The position numbers and the translations under genes were made by a program. DNA of 60,226 nt from a virus, in IMG/VR virus record IMGVR_UViG_3300045988_163836; one strand, 5' to 3'. Below are positions 1-10,476 of this stretch, one piece after another (the first letter of the stretch is position 1; every line of letters starts with the position of its first letter). Below the pieces are notes generated by a model, which was not told the origin of the DNA, did no database searches, and saw nothing but the letters and a program-made list of their open reading frames with translations.

Positions 1-368
1 AGTAGTGAATTAGTTAAACGACAGTTGGAAATTTACAATAGTTATCTAGTGAGCATTAAGAATTGCAGACTTGCCCTTGCAGAAGTGTCTACGGCAAAGT
101 GGTGGTTGTATTTTGGTCATTAAATTAATGTTGACAATTATTCATTCTACATTAGACCCGCTATGGTTTCTCATTCCGGGTCTAATCCTATTAGGAGTAG
201 CTATTTATTTACGTTTACATTTAGAAGATTAAATTTTATATAGAACTATTTTCTAAATATATTATACAAAAAAATTTTAATTATGTCAAGCCATTTTGGG
301 CAAAGGAGGATAATATGGATAAAGATTATTTATACGAATTTTGGTCGCCAGAAGGCGATTATTAGAAA

Positions 369-752
369 GTGCGGGCCACTCCATCTGAAGCACGAAGGCA
401 TGATATCACTGGCAGCATGTTAATGAAAGTAGCTTGCGATTGTTATCATGAGCATTATATGGAATATCGTAATGTAGCTGATGTATTAAGTAAATGTTAT
501 TATAATAGGACTCTTATTACAGATGAAGCACGCGACAAGAAAGATGAAGATTGTTTTAGACTAATTGGTTATACACCTTATGGCGAATCTAATACCTGGA
601 TTGTAGCGAATGGGTCTGATAGTATAAAACAATTTGAACATGGGATGAAAACAGAATTAACAGTAGAATGGTGGCCGGAACATCGTGATGAATACGATAA
701 CAAAGAAGATTTCTATAATGCTTGTTATTGTAAGGTGGAACCTGTAAAATGA
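369..752 (+). CDS. hypothetical protein
   Basis: Intact ORF in the six-frame track with a non-ATG start at 369; compact early region. Confidence 0.4.
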   Translation: MRATPSEARRHDITGSMLMKVACDCYHEHYMEYRNVADVLSKCYYNRTLITDEARDKKDEDCFRLIGYTPYGESNTWIVANGSDSIKQFEHGMKTELTVEWWPEHRDEYDNKEDFYNACYCKVEPVK

Positions 753-1174
753 TGAATTATTATATTTTAAACTTCTATACACCAAAAGATGAAATGGTAA
801 AAGAAGTTTTTATAGATAAAGATACCATAACTCAATCATTTATTAATCGTATTCTATTGGATATTGCTGAAAATTTTTTTGGACATAAGTATGATAATTC
901 TGCGGCAATGGTTAATTATTTAGAGCATTGCTATTATACTAAAGAAAAAGTAAATCAAAACAGAAAAAAAGAATACTGGAATATTATCGTTGCCGACTAT
1001 CAAGGTAATACTGAAACAGAAAGTTATCTTGCTACTGAAGATTTTAATGTAGATAAAGCTATTGATCGGCTGAAACATTATTTAGCATTTATTCATAAAC
1101 CATCAGATATGAGTGAGCAAGAGTATGTTGATAAATATTGTTATTTAGTATCGGCAGAAAAAATTGAAAAATAA
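749..1174 (+). CDS. hypothetical protein
   Basis: 141-aa ORF with ATG at 749 overlapping the previous stop (ATGA). Confidence 0.5.
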   Translation: MMNYYILNFYTPKDEMVKEVFIDKDTITQSFINRILLDIAENFFGHKYDNSAAMVNYLEHCYYTKEKVNQNRKKEYWNIIVADYQGNTETESYLATEDFNVDKAIDRLKHYLAFIHKPSDMSEQEYVDKYCYLVSAEKIEK

Positions 1175-1220
1175 AAAATAATATTATATAATATTTATAT
1201 AATAAAGGAGGAAATATTAT

Positions 1221-2378
1221 ATGAGTTATTTATTTACCAGTGAGAGCGTTTTTGCCGGTCACCCTGATAAGGTTTGTGATTAGGTAAGTGATGCTATTCT
1301 GGATTATGTCCTCCAGCTTGACCCTGATGCACGAGTAGCTTGTGAATGTACTATTAGTCCAGGTCTTTTCCACATCATGGGAGAGATTACAGCTAAAACA
1401 GAACAATCTATTCCTTATCAGGAAATTGCAAGAGAGACTTTAAGATTTATTGGTTATGACAATGATGAAGCAGGATTTAACTGCGACACTTGTTCATATA
1501 TTATTAATGTAGTAAATCAATCCCCTGACATCGCTGCGGGTGTCGATAGGGATGGTGCTGGAGATCAAGGCATGATGTTTGGTTATGCAACTAACGAAAC
1601 AGAAAATTATATGCCTATTGCCCAGCAACTTGCTAACAATATCTCGGTCATTATGTTTAGTAAGTATAAAAATGATTTGCTACCTTGGGCATTACCTGAC
1701 GGCAAATGTCAGATAACTGTCCAATACGATGATGATGGCAACTTTGAAGGGGTAGATACAATTGTCGTATCGGCCCAACACAAAGACAAATATAGTATTA
1801 AGGAAATAACACCCGATATTACGAACATTTGTAATATTGCCCTTCAAGGTTATGCCATTAAGAAAGATTGTAAATTTTATATTAACCCAACAGGCAGATT
1901 CGTAATTGGTGGACCTGCGGCTGACATTGGATTAACCGGACGTAAAATCGTCGTAGATACATATGGTGGTTATGCTCCACATGGTGGGGGATGTTTTTCA
2001 GGGAAGTCGCCCTGTAAAGTAGATAGGTCTGGTGCTTATATGGCACGTTATGTAGCTAAAAATCTTGTAGCTTCTGGTGTTTGTGATAAATGTATGATTC
2101 AAGTTGCTTATATTATTGGGCAGACAGAACCTGTATCTATTAATATTAATTGTTTTGGTACAGAAAAGAAACCTATCGCTGAAATTCTTGAAGCAGTTAA
2201 TCAGACATTTGATTTTGCACCGCGTAGTATTATTCATAAATTTGATTTAAAACATACTCGCTATTTACCCTATGCTTGCTTCGGTCATTTTGGTCGTATT
2301 GAATGTAATAGTCCTTGGGAACAGCTTGATAAAGTAGAAGAATTAAAAACAATTTTTGATTTTAAAAAGGAGAACTAA
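1221..2378 (+). CDS. metK: S-adenosylmethionine synthetase (methionine adenosyltransferase), one in-frame TAG
   Basis: The N-terminus [30 protein letters not shown] aligns with E. coli MetK [29 protein letters not shown], with TAG at the Gln position. A GAGDQGMMFGYATNETE motif is present. SD aaaggagg is upstream. Confidence 0.85.
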
Positions 2379-2467
2379 TATGGACCCCGTAATTATTCTT
2401 GTTATTGCTATTGTCGTCCTTGGTGGATTGTATTTCTATAACTATAAGAAAGGAACCAAGTATTAAT

Positions 2468-2701
2468 ATGATTTATTGCCTTGTTCCAAAAGATGAACTA
2501 AAAGATTTGCTCTATGATAGTTTGCGACTTCAAGCATTAGACTGTGGTGGCGTTGACAATTGGGATTGGTATGGTGCATCTATTGGAGATTTTATTGATG
2601 CCGCCAAGGCAGACTATAATGTTTCAGAAGATGATGATGATTTCGACATTAGTGATATGGCTGATGTAGATGTTGAAGGTTACAGAACAATGGAGGAATA
2701 A
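2468..2701 (+). CDS. small acidic protein
   Basis: Short ORF with an Asp/Glu-rich C-terminus; start is inferred. Confidence 0.4.
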   Translation: MIYCLVPKDELKDLLYDSLRLQALDCGGVDNWDWYGASIGDFIDAAKADYNVSEDDDDFDISDMADVDVEGYRTMEE

Positions 2702-2703
2702 TT

Positions 2704-3114
2704 ATGTTATTGTATTTGTTGGCTATTGTTATCGGCGTAATTTGTTTTATCATTGCAAAATGTTTGAGTGATAATTTTAGTGATTGGGCTGCTCTTCCAT
2801 TTACTATTGGCTTTATACTTGCTCTTGTAGTATTATTTAGTACAATTGCTTTTATATGCCACAAAGCAACTGCATCTATTGACCGTGCTAATGTAGAAGC
2901 CGAACGAGATGTTATTGTTTATCAGATAGAACACCATGATAGTTTCCTTGAAACTTCAAGAGTTGGTGTAAATGAATTGTATTATACTCAAGTAAAAGAA
3001 TTCAATGAAAAAGTGCGTATTCATCAGTTCTATAGGAGTAATCCTTGGACAAGTTGGTATGAGCAGCCATTTTGGTCAGAAATTGAATTGATTGATTATA
3101 CAGAGGAGTCTTGA
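2704..3114 (+). CDS. membrane protein (2 TM helices)
   Basis: Hydrophobic N-terminal segments; followed by hairpin terminator 3098-3132. Confidence 0.5.
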   Translation: MLLYLLAIVIGVICFIIAKCLSDNFSDWAALPFTIGFILALVVLFSTIAFICHKATASIDRANVEAERDVIVYQIEHHDSFLETSRVGVNELYYTQVKEFNEKVRIHQFYRSNPWTSWYEQPFWSEIELIDYTEES

Positions 3115-3132
3115 TAAGAGACTCCTCTTTTA
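3098..3132 (+). terminator. rho-independent terminator
   Basis: Hairpin gaggagtctt..gagactcctc followed by a T-run. Confidence 0.6.
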
Positions 3133-3167
3133 TTTTTATAAAAAAATATTATAAAATATATATATAA
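3129..3167 (+). promoter_or_regulatory. conserved phage promoter cassette ttatttttataaaaaaatattataaaatatatatataa
   Basis: Almost the same 38-nt motif at 8667-8708 and 14689-14726 (tatatata there is tatttata here), each directly after a terminator. About 20 related AATATTATATAATAT-TATATA copies occur window-wide. Confidence 0.55.
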
Positions 3168-3207
3168 AGAAATGAGAGATATAAAGAATTTTAAAGGAGA
3201 CGATACT

Positions 3208-3366
3208 ATGGACAAGATTAGAAACGAAGAAGTTGTCAATGCTTATAATAAGGTCGTTGATCTCTGTGTAAGTAATTATGAGTATATTGACAATGCTGAA
3301 GCGGAAGAAATTGACATGGCTCTTGATATTCTTTATAAGCAGCTTTTTGAGGAGGGTGACAGATAA
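3208..3366 (+). CDS. small hypothetical protein
   Basis: ATG with SD aaaggagacgatact; the track ORF 3172-3366 shares this frame. Confidence 0.4.
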   Translation: MDKIRNEEVVNAYNKVVDLCVSNYEYIDNAEAEEIDMALDILYKQLFEEGDR

Positions 3367-4076
3367 TGGCTCTTGTTGCTAAATCTTATCAGGATTTGGA
3401 AATTGTCCGTGATACTTATATTGAAAATGGCAAGCGTTATTGTGATGTGCGGACCAAGGATGGCAAGGTCAAGAAGGTCAAGAGCTACACCCAGTCAGAG
3501 TATGACCGCTATTATCCTCCTGTAAAAATTATTAAACCTGGTAATCGTAAGCATATTCTTGGTTTTGATAATGGATATATTACCCTGTTTAAAGGTAATA
3601 CTTATGAAAATCTTGAATGGTTTGAACATTCTAATGCCCGTTTCCACACTACGTTCAAGTGGTATGTTGTTTCTACCGAAGAAGTTCCTGCCGATGTGCC
3701 GGAAGGTATTACGCCCGTGCAGCTGCCTTGGGAACTCGTAGGTAATGACGACGGCACTCTGAAAGATAATGCTGTTATTAATAAGGTAGTTGAAAATCTT
3801 ATTTATGATGAAGGCAATAGTCGTTATCAGGGTGAAGTTGGCGATAAGATTGAACGTGATGTAAAAGTAATTAAAAACATTGAAGCAGAAAATTACTATG
3901 GTGTTAATCATATTATGACGTTTATTGATGCCAATGAGAATCTGTACTGCTGGAGTACAGCCGCCAAGAATTGGGAAATTGGTAAGGAACTTACTATTAA
4001 GGGAACTATTAAGTCTCTTGGAACTTACCAGAAGCAGAAAATTACTTATTTGACGAGGTGTAGTGAAGTTGGATAA
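3366..4076 (+). CDS. hypothetical protein
   Basis: 236-aa ORF whose ATG overlaps the previous stop. Confidence 0.55.
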   Translation: MALVAKSYQDLEIVRDTYIENGKRYCDVRTKDGKVKKVKSYTQSEYDRYYPPVKIIKPGNRKHILGFDNGYITLFKGNTYENLEWFEHSNARFHTTFKWYVVSTEEVPADVPEGITPVQLPWELVGNDDGTLKDNAVINKVVENLIYDEGNSRYQGEVGDKIERDVKVIKNIEAENYYGVNHIMTFIDANENLYCWSTAAKNWEIGKELTIKGTIKSLGTYQKQKITYLTRCSEVG

Positions 4077-4344
4077 TTGGATGGATATATTTGATGCATA
4101 TGCTGAAGAAGTTTATCAACATATGGTTAATGAAAAGCATTCTAATGCTCTTAAATATGGTAAGATTGCTATTGATTTACAGAGTGAAGAGAATGGGAAT
4201 TATTATCGTTTGCGTATAATCCTTTGGGATGATATGGTTTATGCAGATTGGATGCGTAATGGAATAGTTATTTTTTGTGAGCCGATTTCTGACAAGAAAA
4301 GTTATAATGAGAGGATTGAATTGAGTAATTGGAATTTGACATGA
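4063..4344 (+). CDS. hypothetical protein
   Basis: Track ORF. Confidence 0.4.
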   Translation: MKLDNWMDIFDAYAEEVYQHMVNEKHSNALKYGKIAIDLQSEENGNYYRLRIILWDDMVYADWMRNGIVIFCEPISDKKSYNERIELSNWNLT

Positions 4345-4757
4345 GCAAGGTAATGTCTGGTCCAGGCAATCCTTTTGTATTTAATCAAATGGATTATTTA
4401 ATGGGTCGTATTAAAAAAGAAGACACATTACATAAATACCATGTTCTGCTTAAATCAGGTCAAGTTATTCTTGAAGACTATTGGTGTTGGCATGGTCATA
4501 AATGGTATAAAGCATTAATTAAATGCTTTGATGATTTTTATATTGTAATTACTACTGAAGAAGATGTAATTAGTATAGAAAAAATAGAAAATCCAACAGT
4601 AGATTCTATCTATATAGAATATATATTGGCAAGCAGACTGAGAGGAGATGAAGTTGATGGCGACTCTATATATGATGTGCGGCTTGAGTGCAAATGGAAA
4701 GACTACATTCGCGAAATCCTTCGCAAAGATGAATCACATCCGGTATGTAAACCCTGA
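4329..4757 (+). CDS. hypothetical protein
   Basis: Track ORF; its 3' end overlaps the next gene in another frame. Confidence 0.35.
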   Translation: MEFDMSKVMSGPGNPFVFNQMDYLMGRIKKEDTLHKYHVLLKSGQVILEDYWCWHGHKWYKALIKCFDDFYIVITTEEDVISIEKIENPTVDSIYIEYILASRLRGDEVDGDSIYDVRLECKWKDYIREILRKDESHPVCKP

Positions 4758-5193
4758 TGAATTGTATGCTGTCTTCAATGGTGATGAATGCAACCGCTGT
4801 CATAAGTTCGAAGTTTGGCAGACATTATATCAGATTGTACATTGTGCAGAGATGGATAAGGCAGATATTATCATTGATACTAATTGTTTGACTCTTGGAC
4901 AGAGAGAAGAAATCAGAAGCCGTTTTCCTCATTTTGATAACTACCAGCTTATGGTTATTATCGCTAGTGTAGAAAATTCAAAGGAATGGAACTCCAAGAG
5001 ACATAGAGTTGTGCCGCAGCAGGAGCTTGAACGGCAGGCACGTATTGTAGATTGGCCTGATTTGACTGATCATTATAATGGTTGGAATAGTATTAGATAT
5101 TATTATAATGATGGCTCTCTGTTTACTAAATATCGTGAAATTTATGATGGCGAAGACCATGATCTGCGACAGAAGAAGGAGGATAATAAGTAA
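4654..5193 (+). CDS. P-loop NTPase / kinase-like protein
   Basis: Walker A motif GLSANGKTT near the N-terminus; about 180 aa. Confidence 0.55.
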   Translation: MMATLYMMCGLSANGKTTFAKSFAKMNHIRYVNPDELYAVFNGDECNRCHKFEVWQTLYQIVHCAEMDKADIIIDTNCLTLGQREEIRSRFPHFDNYQLMVIIASVENSKEWNSKRHRVVPQQELERQARIVDWPDLTDHYNGWNSIRYYYNDGSLFTKYREIYDGEDHDLRQKKEDNK

Positions 5194-5750
5194 TGTTTTT
5201 AATTATTTTAGGTATTTTTATTGTATTTGCTATTATCTGTTTTATAGTATTTAGCTATTTTAAGAATTGGGAAGATTATCAGCGTTTTAAAAAGGAAGCC
5301 ATTGGATGGCATGATAAAACTGTTGAGCTTACCTTTGATGAAGTAATGAAATACTCTGCTATTAAGCCTGATAAATGGTGTATTAGTGATACTAGCATTT
5401 CTTATAAAATTGGTAAAAAAAATATTGTTGGTGAAAGTAAATTTTATGTGTATTTTAGTTCTTATAAGGAATACCGTAAATTTATCCAATGGTGGGAAAA
5501 TAAAAGAACTAAAGCAATGCAGGAAGCAGAACTGCTTAAGGGTCTTGAATTTTGTGACCTTATGAAAGCAGATTGTCAGACACTCAAAGAAGAAAGCCAA
5601 GAGGCAATTTGTAAGGCGGCAATTAGTAGTGCCCAGCTTATTAAGCAAACGGTTGAAAATGATGCTGAACTTAAACATATTTATAAGTGTGTAGTTAATG
5701 AGGATGGTATTGTTGAACTTGTTAAATATAATTATACTGCAACTGCATAA
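5193..5750 (+). CDS. membrane-anchored hypothetical protein
   Basis: Hydrophobic N-terminal helix; 185 aa. Confidence 0.5.
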   Translation: MFLIILGIFIVFAIICFIVFSYFKNWEDYQRFKKEAIGWHDKTVELTFDEVMKYSAIKPDKWCISDTSISYKIGKKNIVGESKFYVYFSSYKEYRKFIQWWENKRTKAMQEAELLKGLEFCDLMKADCQTLKEESQEAICKAAISSAQLIKQTVENDAELKHIYKCVVNEDGIVELVKYNYTATA

Positions 5751-5790
5751 TTGACTACCCGGAAGGTTCTATTTCTTGTTTGTAAATTTG

Positions 5791-5827
5791 AAAAAAATAA
5801 AAAAATATTATATAATTTATATATAAA
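5791..5827 (+). promoter_or_regulatory. promoter motif copy
   Basis: aaaaaaatattatataatttatatataaa followed by SD and ATG 5845. Confidence 0.45.
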
Positions 5828-5844
5828 GATAAGGAGTAATTAAT

Positions 5845-6069
5845 ATGTTTGGTTTTGATGATAGTTATTTTCTGTTCATGAATGAAGCAGAGGGTACTGG
5901 AATGGTAAACACTCGTACTGGATGTATTAATACTCTGGTACGTAAGATGCAAGAAAATCCTCGATGGTATGTTGAGGAAAATTTTAATATTATGTGTGAA
6001 GAGTGCGGGATTGAGGATATCACACCTGCCGAAGAAGATATGGTATGGGAGATGTATAGTCGAGGATGA
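5845..6069 (+). CDS. small hypothetical protein
   Basis: Track ORF. Confidence 0.4.
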   Translation: MFGFDDSYFLFMNEAEGTGMVNTRTGCINTLVRKMQENPRWYVEENFNIMCEECGIEDITPAEEDMVWEMYSRG

Positions 6070-7682
6070 AAGCTTATTTAAAAGACATATGGCCGATGGA
6101 CAAGAAAAGAACTTATAGTCCAGTCTATGATGCCAAAGTTTATAATAAAGAAGCCTGGGAAAAGCTACTAGATGATTTTAACAAAAATGTTAAAGCCGGA
6201 GCTTATAATAAACTGCTTTATACTGATTGGAAAGTTCTCCATTTAATGGATGGAGACTATAAGGTAGTATGGTTTGAGATTAATAATACCTGTCTTGCTC
6301 CTACTATAGTCCATATTCAGGAATTTAAGTATTTAAAAGATTCAGATAATTTTAGAATGGTAGGTACTGATAAGAAGTATAATACTTCTGAAGATGATTA
6401 TTCATTTGGTACATATTTGGCCGATATGTTGTTCTATGATTATTTTGATTGGGTAGAAGCTGATGAAAAGGTAGATGATTATAGGCTATTTGGCTTAACT
6501 AATTTAGGAGCTTATAGTTCAGAGGACGGCATCGGTTGGCGTGCTATTAATTGGGCACTTAATCCCGCGGTGGAGGGTACAACTGGTCAAGTGATTTTTA
6601 ATGATGTAAAAAAAGATATAAAGAAGCTCAATTGCGAATTTAATAAGACTACTGAGATTCTTAATAATTGTTATAATAAAATTAACGAAAATACTGAATG
6701 GCTTAATAAAGTATATGAAAATGTAGATAAAGTAAAAAATACCACATTTTCTGATACGGCAACTATTAATGTTAGCCCTATTGATCCAGCTAAATTGGAT
6801 ATTAAAGATGAAACAGCTTCTACTGCGTCTGTTAGTATAGATTGGGGATATCGTCCAACCGCTTCTACAGCTAGTTCTATTACTGGCGAAAGTGTTATAG
6901 GGAAAACTATTGAAGTTAATGGTGATTCTGGTATTACTTATAATCCATATACTACAGCTACTGTTTCAATCTGTAATAGTTTAACTAGCCGTATTGATAC
7001 AATGGAAGAAAGAATTAATAAACTTGAAACAAACAATGATGATGTGAAAGGTAAAGGAAATAATATGAAGATGTTTAATTTTGATTTTGGTCCGATTAAG
7101 GATAATGATGCTGTTCGTATGTCGCCGTATGGTCTGGCGGTTAAGAATGTTAATGGCACATATCAGGCTTATGATAAGAAGAATGGCGAGATTATGGATG
7201 TTGATATTTTCAACTTTAAGGCTGATAATATGTTCTTCAAGATGCCTGTTGGCATTGACGCCATTGAAGCTGGTGATGTGATTATTTTCAACAGACGTCC
7301 GTGTTTTGTCTTTGGTTTCTCCGAGCAGGGTGATGTAATTGCAATTGATATTGCAATGGGTGAAAAGAAGACTATTATGCCTACAAAGTCTCCTTTTGGT
7401 AATTTTAGTTTTATTACTAAAATTGTAAGCCTTTTTGATAATATGATGGCTCCTCCTTCTAAAGACAACCCTCTGGGCAATATGTGGATGTTTACTCTTC
7501 TTGATGACAATAATAAGTCCATGAAAGATATTCTTCCTATGATGCTGCTTATGAATGGTGCAAATGGTATGACCGGTTTTAATCCTATGATGCTCTATCT
7601 TATGTCGGATAAGGCTGATGGTGATAAAGATTGGCTTCTGCCGATGCTTATGATGAATAATTTTCCGGGTAAGACTAATTAA
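6066..7682 (+). CDS. hypothetical protein, Met-rich C-terminus
   Basis: 538-aa intact ORF. Confidence 0.55.
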   Translation: MKAYLKDIWPMDKKRTYSPVYDAKVYNKEAWEKLLDDFNKNVKAGAYNKLLYTDWKVLHLMDGDYKVVWFEINNTCLAPTIVHIQEFKYLKDSDNFRMVGTDKKYNTSEDDYSFGTYLADMLFYDYFDWVEADEKVDDYRLFGLTNLGAYSSEDGIGWRAINWALNPAVEGTTGQVIFNDVKKDIKKLNCEFNKTTEILNNCYNKINENTEWLNKVYENVDKVKNTTFSDTATINVSPIDPAKLDIKDETASTASVSIDWGYRPTASTASSITGESVIGKTIEVNGDSGITYNPYTTATVSICNSLTSRIDTMEERINKLETNNDDVKGKGNNMKMFNFDFGPIKDNDAVRMSPYGLAVKNVNGTYQAYDKKNGEIMDVDIFNFKADNMFFKMPVGIDAIEAGDVIIFNRRPCFVFGFSEQGDVIAIDIAMGEKKTIMPTKSPFGNFSFITKIVSLFDNMMAPPSKDNPLGNMWMFTLLDDNNKSMKDILPMMLLMNGANGMTGFNPMMLYLMSDKADGDKDWLLPMLMMNNFPGKTN

Positions 7683-7749
7683 TTAATTTATCTCCATAGT
7701 TAAAAAGTGTAGAAGATAATTTTACTTTTTAACTATGGAGGATTTTTAT

Positions 7750-8657
7750 ATGCCAGCAAAGAAAGATTTAACTGGAAAAAGATTTGGTAGATTGTTAGTA
7801 GAATATGATACGGGTAAAAAAAATAGTTATAATCGTATTCTATGGCATTGTAAATGCGATTGCGGTAATGAACTTGATATATCAAGTGCTTCTTTAAATA
7901 GAGCTAAACCTACATAGTCTTGTGGTTGTTTACAAAGAGAAAAAACAAGAGAGGCTAATCAATCTGAAGATTTAACTGGAAAAGTTTATGGATATTTAAC
8001 TGTTTTACGACGTATGCCTAATAGTGCCTTATGGGAATGTCAATGTAAATGTGGTAATAAAGTGATAGTAAATACAAATCATTTAAATACAGGTCATACT
8101 AAATCTTGCGGATGCTATTAAAAAGAAAGAACTTCTGAAACATCTACTGTTAATTTAGTAGGTAAAAGGTTTGGATTATTAACTGTTATAAAATTAGATA
8201 CAGAAAAATCAATTCCTAAAATTAAATATTGGATTTGTCAATGTGATTGTGGTAATATAGTTTCAGTGAGAGGAAGTCATTTAAGTAGCGGTGACACTCA
8301 ATCTTGTGGATGTTTAAAAATATCTCATGGAGAATTAAAAATACAATAGATATTAGAAGAATATCATATCCCTTATGTAAGAGAAAAGAGTTTTGATGAT
8401 TGTATTAATCCTAAAACTAATAAAAAATTAAGATTTGATTTTTTTGTTGATAATAAATATTTAATTGAATATGATGGAATATAGCATTCTATAGATGCTC
8501 CTACAAAAAATTGGGGAGAGTCAATAGATGATATGCAATATAGAGACAATATAAAAACTCAATGGTGTAGAGATAATAATATTCCATTAATTAGAATACC
8601 ATATACGAAATATAAAGATTTAACAATAGATGATTTACTTTTATAGGAGCCTTGTTA
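7750..8657 (+). CDS. Zn-ribbon repeat protein with C-terminal Vsr/DUF559-like endonuclease domain; in-frame TAG codons and one in-frame TAA
   Basis: Three tandem GK(R/V)(F/Y)G-LTV...C-C-CG...SCGC repeats. C-terminus LRFDFFVDNKYLIEYDGI-TAG-H matches the Vsr-like motif. TAG at 7915, 8347, 8482 and 8643; TAA at 8119 sits between repeats 2 and 3. Confidence 0.5.
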
Positions 8658-8668
8658 AAGGCTCCTTA
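8643..8668 (+). terminator. terminator hairpin
   Basis: ggagcc ttgttaaa ggctcc followed by a T-run. Confidence 0.6.
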
Positions 8669-8732
8669 TTTTATTTTTATAAAAAAATATTATAAAATAT
8701 ATATATAAATTAAAGGGAAAAGGTGAATTAAA

Positions 8733-10397
8733 ATGACAGATTTGAGGACACTCATTCCAGAAGAAGAAAAGAATCTGCTGCATGATTATATTAAAGAGTA
8801 CCTTCATTCTGATAATTACTGCACTGTAGATGAAATTAATCATCTTCTGCGGTTTTGGGCTGCTGAAAAGCCTGACCTGTATGAGTTGCTTGGTAATAAT
8901 TTGATGGTCGAAGACCATATTTCCTATCAGGCATCTGGAGATGATTTGATGGATAAATTCGGTGAAATGTATGAAGAAATTTATAATAATCCTGAATTAG
9001 CAAACGTCAAAAAATTCATTGATTCTTACGAGCAAATTACTAATATTTATTATTCTTGGATGGATACCACTCTTGATAAAGATGAACGTGTTAATTGTTG
9101 TAGCATGATTGACCATTGCCTTGATAGTGAATCTCTCGTAGCCAATAAAAATGTATATATGTTTGATTGGGGTCGCAAATCTGTTGTTATTCGCCGTGGT
9201 CCGCATGCAGATACTTCGAAGCCGCTTGAGTTGAAGAGTGATATGAAGCTGATGCGAATGATGGCTAAAATTGTCGATTGGTTTGAGCTGGATAAAGAAG
9301 CATTTGAGCAGTTTCGTATTCTTCATTCGCGTGTTTTGAATGATCGTATGATTAATGCTGATATTGTACTCTCTATTCATCCGCTTGATTATCTTACTAT
9401 GAGTGATAATGCTTGTGATTGGGAGAGTTGTATGAACTGGTATCAGGGCGGTGATTATCGTCTTGGCACTGTTGAAATGATGAATTCTCCTGTCATCCTT
9501 GAAGCATATGTTGAATCCGAGCATCCTTATTGTCCTATTGACCGTGACAAAAGAACTTGGAGTAATAAGCGTTGGCGGTGTCTTTATATTGTTAATAAGG
9601 ATATTATCACTGAAATTAAGCAGTATCCTTATAACAATATTTATCTGCGTGATTATGTGCTGAATAAAATTAAGCAGTTAGCTGAACAGAATATGGGCTG
9701 GCATTACGACGATAAGATGTATGAGGTTTGGCAGAATCAGAGCAATGATACTGATTTTGGTCAGGTTTATATCCGCATGAGAACTGGAGCTATGTATAAT
9801 GATTATTATGATAATCATTATGCTTATATCAATCCAGAAGTAAAAGAAGTAGAAGTTTACTATTCTGGTGTAGCTGAATGTATGTGCTGCGGTAAAGGCT
9901 ATGAAGCTGATCCGAGTGGAAATGTAGATGCATTTGTAGAATGTGATAAAGTCGTATGTGCAACCTGTGAAGGCAAAGTCCAGTGTGATGATTGTGGCTC
10001 TTGGATTGATAGTGAAGATGCTTGGTTCTGTGAAGGGGACGGTGCAACTTATTGTAGCTGGTGTGCAGATGGCCGCACTCAGACTTGTAGCTGTTGCGGA
10101 GAAACTAAATGGCTTGATTATGATTTCAAGAAGCAGGCTCTTCCCTATATGTTTGAAGTAAAAACTCCTAATGGTAAGCATCGTCGTGATGTTGGAAATC
10201 CCATTGATGTCTGTGATGATTGTTATGAAGATTATGATTTTGGTGATGCACCGAAGGAGCCAGACTTGTGGGGCGATTTTCAGTATATTGATGTTGACAA
10301 GGCAGATAAAAAGGTATGGGAGCCATTTCTGTCCCTTGAAAGAATTGCTGATGCCAAGATGCGGCTAAAGGCGACTTATCCTGATGATTATGTTTAG
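8733..10397 (+). CDS. paralog family protein 1 (SIHPLDY...CMNW core, C-terminal CxxC Zn-ribbon array)
   Basis: Shares SIHPLDYLTMSDNACDWESCMNW...GTVEMMNSP with the ORFs at 14749 and 18988. C-terminus is rich in CxxC pairs. Confidence 0.6.
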   Translation: MTDLRTLIPEEEKNLLHDYIKEYLHSDNYCTVDEINHLLRFWAAEKPDLYELLGNNLMVEDHISYQASGDDLMDKFGEMYEEIYNNPELANVKKFIDSYEQITNIYYSWMDTTLDKDERVNCCSMIDHCLDSESLVANKNVYMFDWGRKSVVIRRGPHADTSKPLELKSDMKLMRMMAKIVDWFELDKEAFEQFRILHSRVLNDRMINADIVLSIHPLDYLTMSDNACDWESCMNWYQGGDYRLGTVEMMNSPVILEAYVESEHPYCPIDRDKRTWSNKRWRCLYIVNKDIITEIKQYPYNNIYLRDYVLNKIKQLAEQNMGWHYDDKMYEVWQNQSNDTDFGQVYIRMRTGAMYNDYYDNHYAYINPEVKEVEVYYSGVAECMCCGKGYEADPSGNVDAFVECDKVVCATCEGKVQCDDCGSWIDSEDAWFCEGDGATYCSWCADGRTQTCSCCGETKWLDYDFKKQALPYMFEVKTPNGKHRRDVGNPIDVCDDCYEDYDFGDAPKEPDLWGDFQYIDVDKADKKVWEPFLSLERIADAKMRLKATYPDDYV

Positions 10398-10476
10398 TTT
10401 AAATTCTTGCCAAAATTGAATACTCGAAAATTTATAAAAAATTTGATATAATATATATAGAAAGGATGGGAGAGAT

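Noticed and set aside
8119-8121. TAA as a second recoded sense codon (ciliate-like code 6)
   Set aside because: TAA clearly terminates many genes whose C-termini are validated by homology (for example 33033) and precedes SD/ATG of downstream genes. The single in-frame TAA is more simply a nonsense lesion or error, and is kept as a flagged finding.
10395-10460. Extending paralog 1 (8733-10397) through its terminal TAG for another 19 codons
   Set aside because: The extension is low-complexity and runs into the downstream promoter motif. It is left as ambiguous; TAG here may be a leaky terminator.
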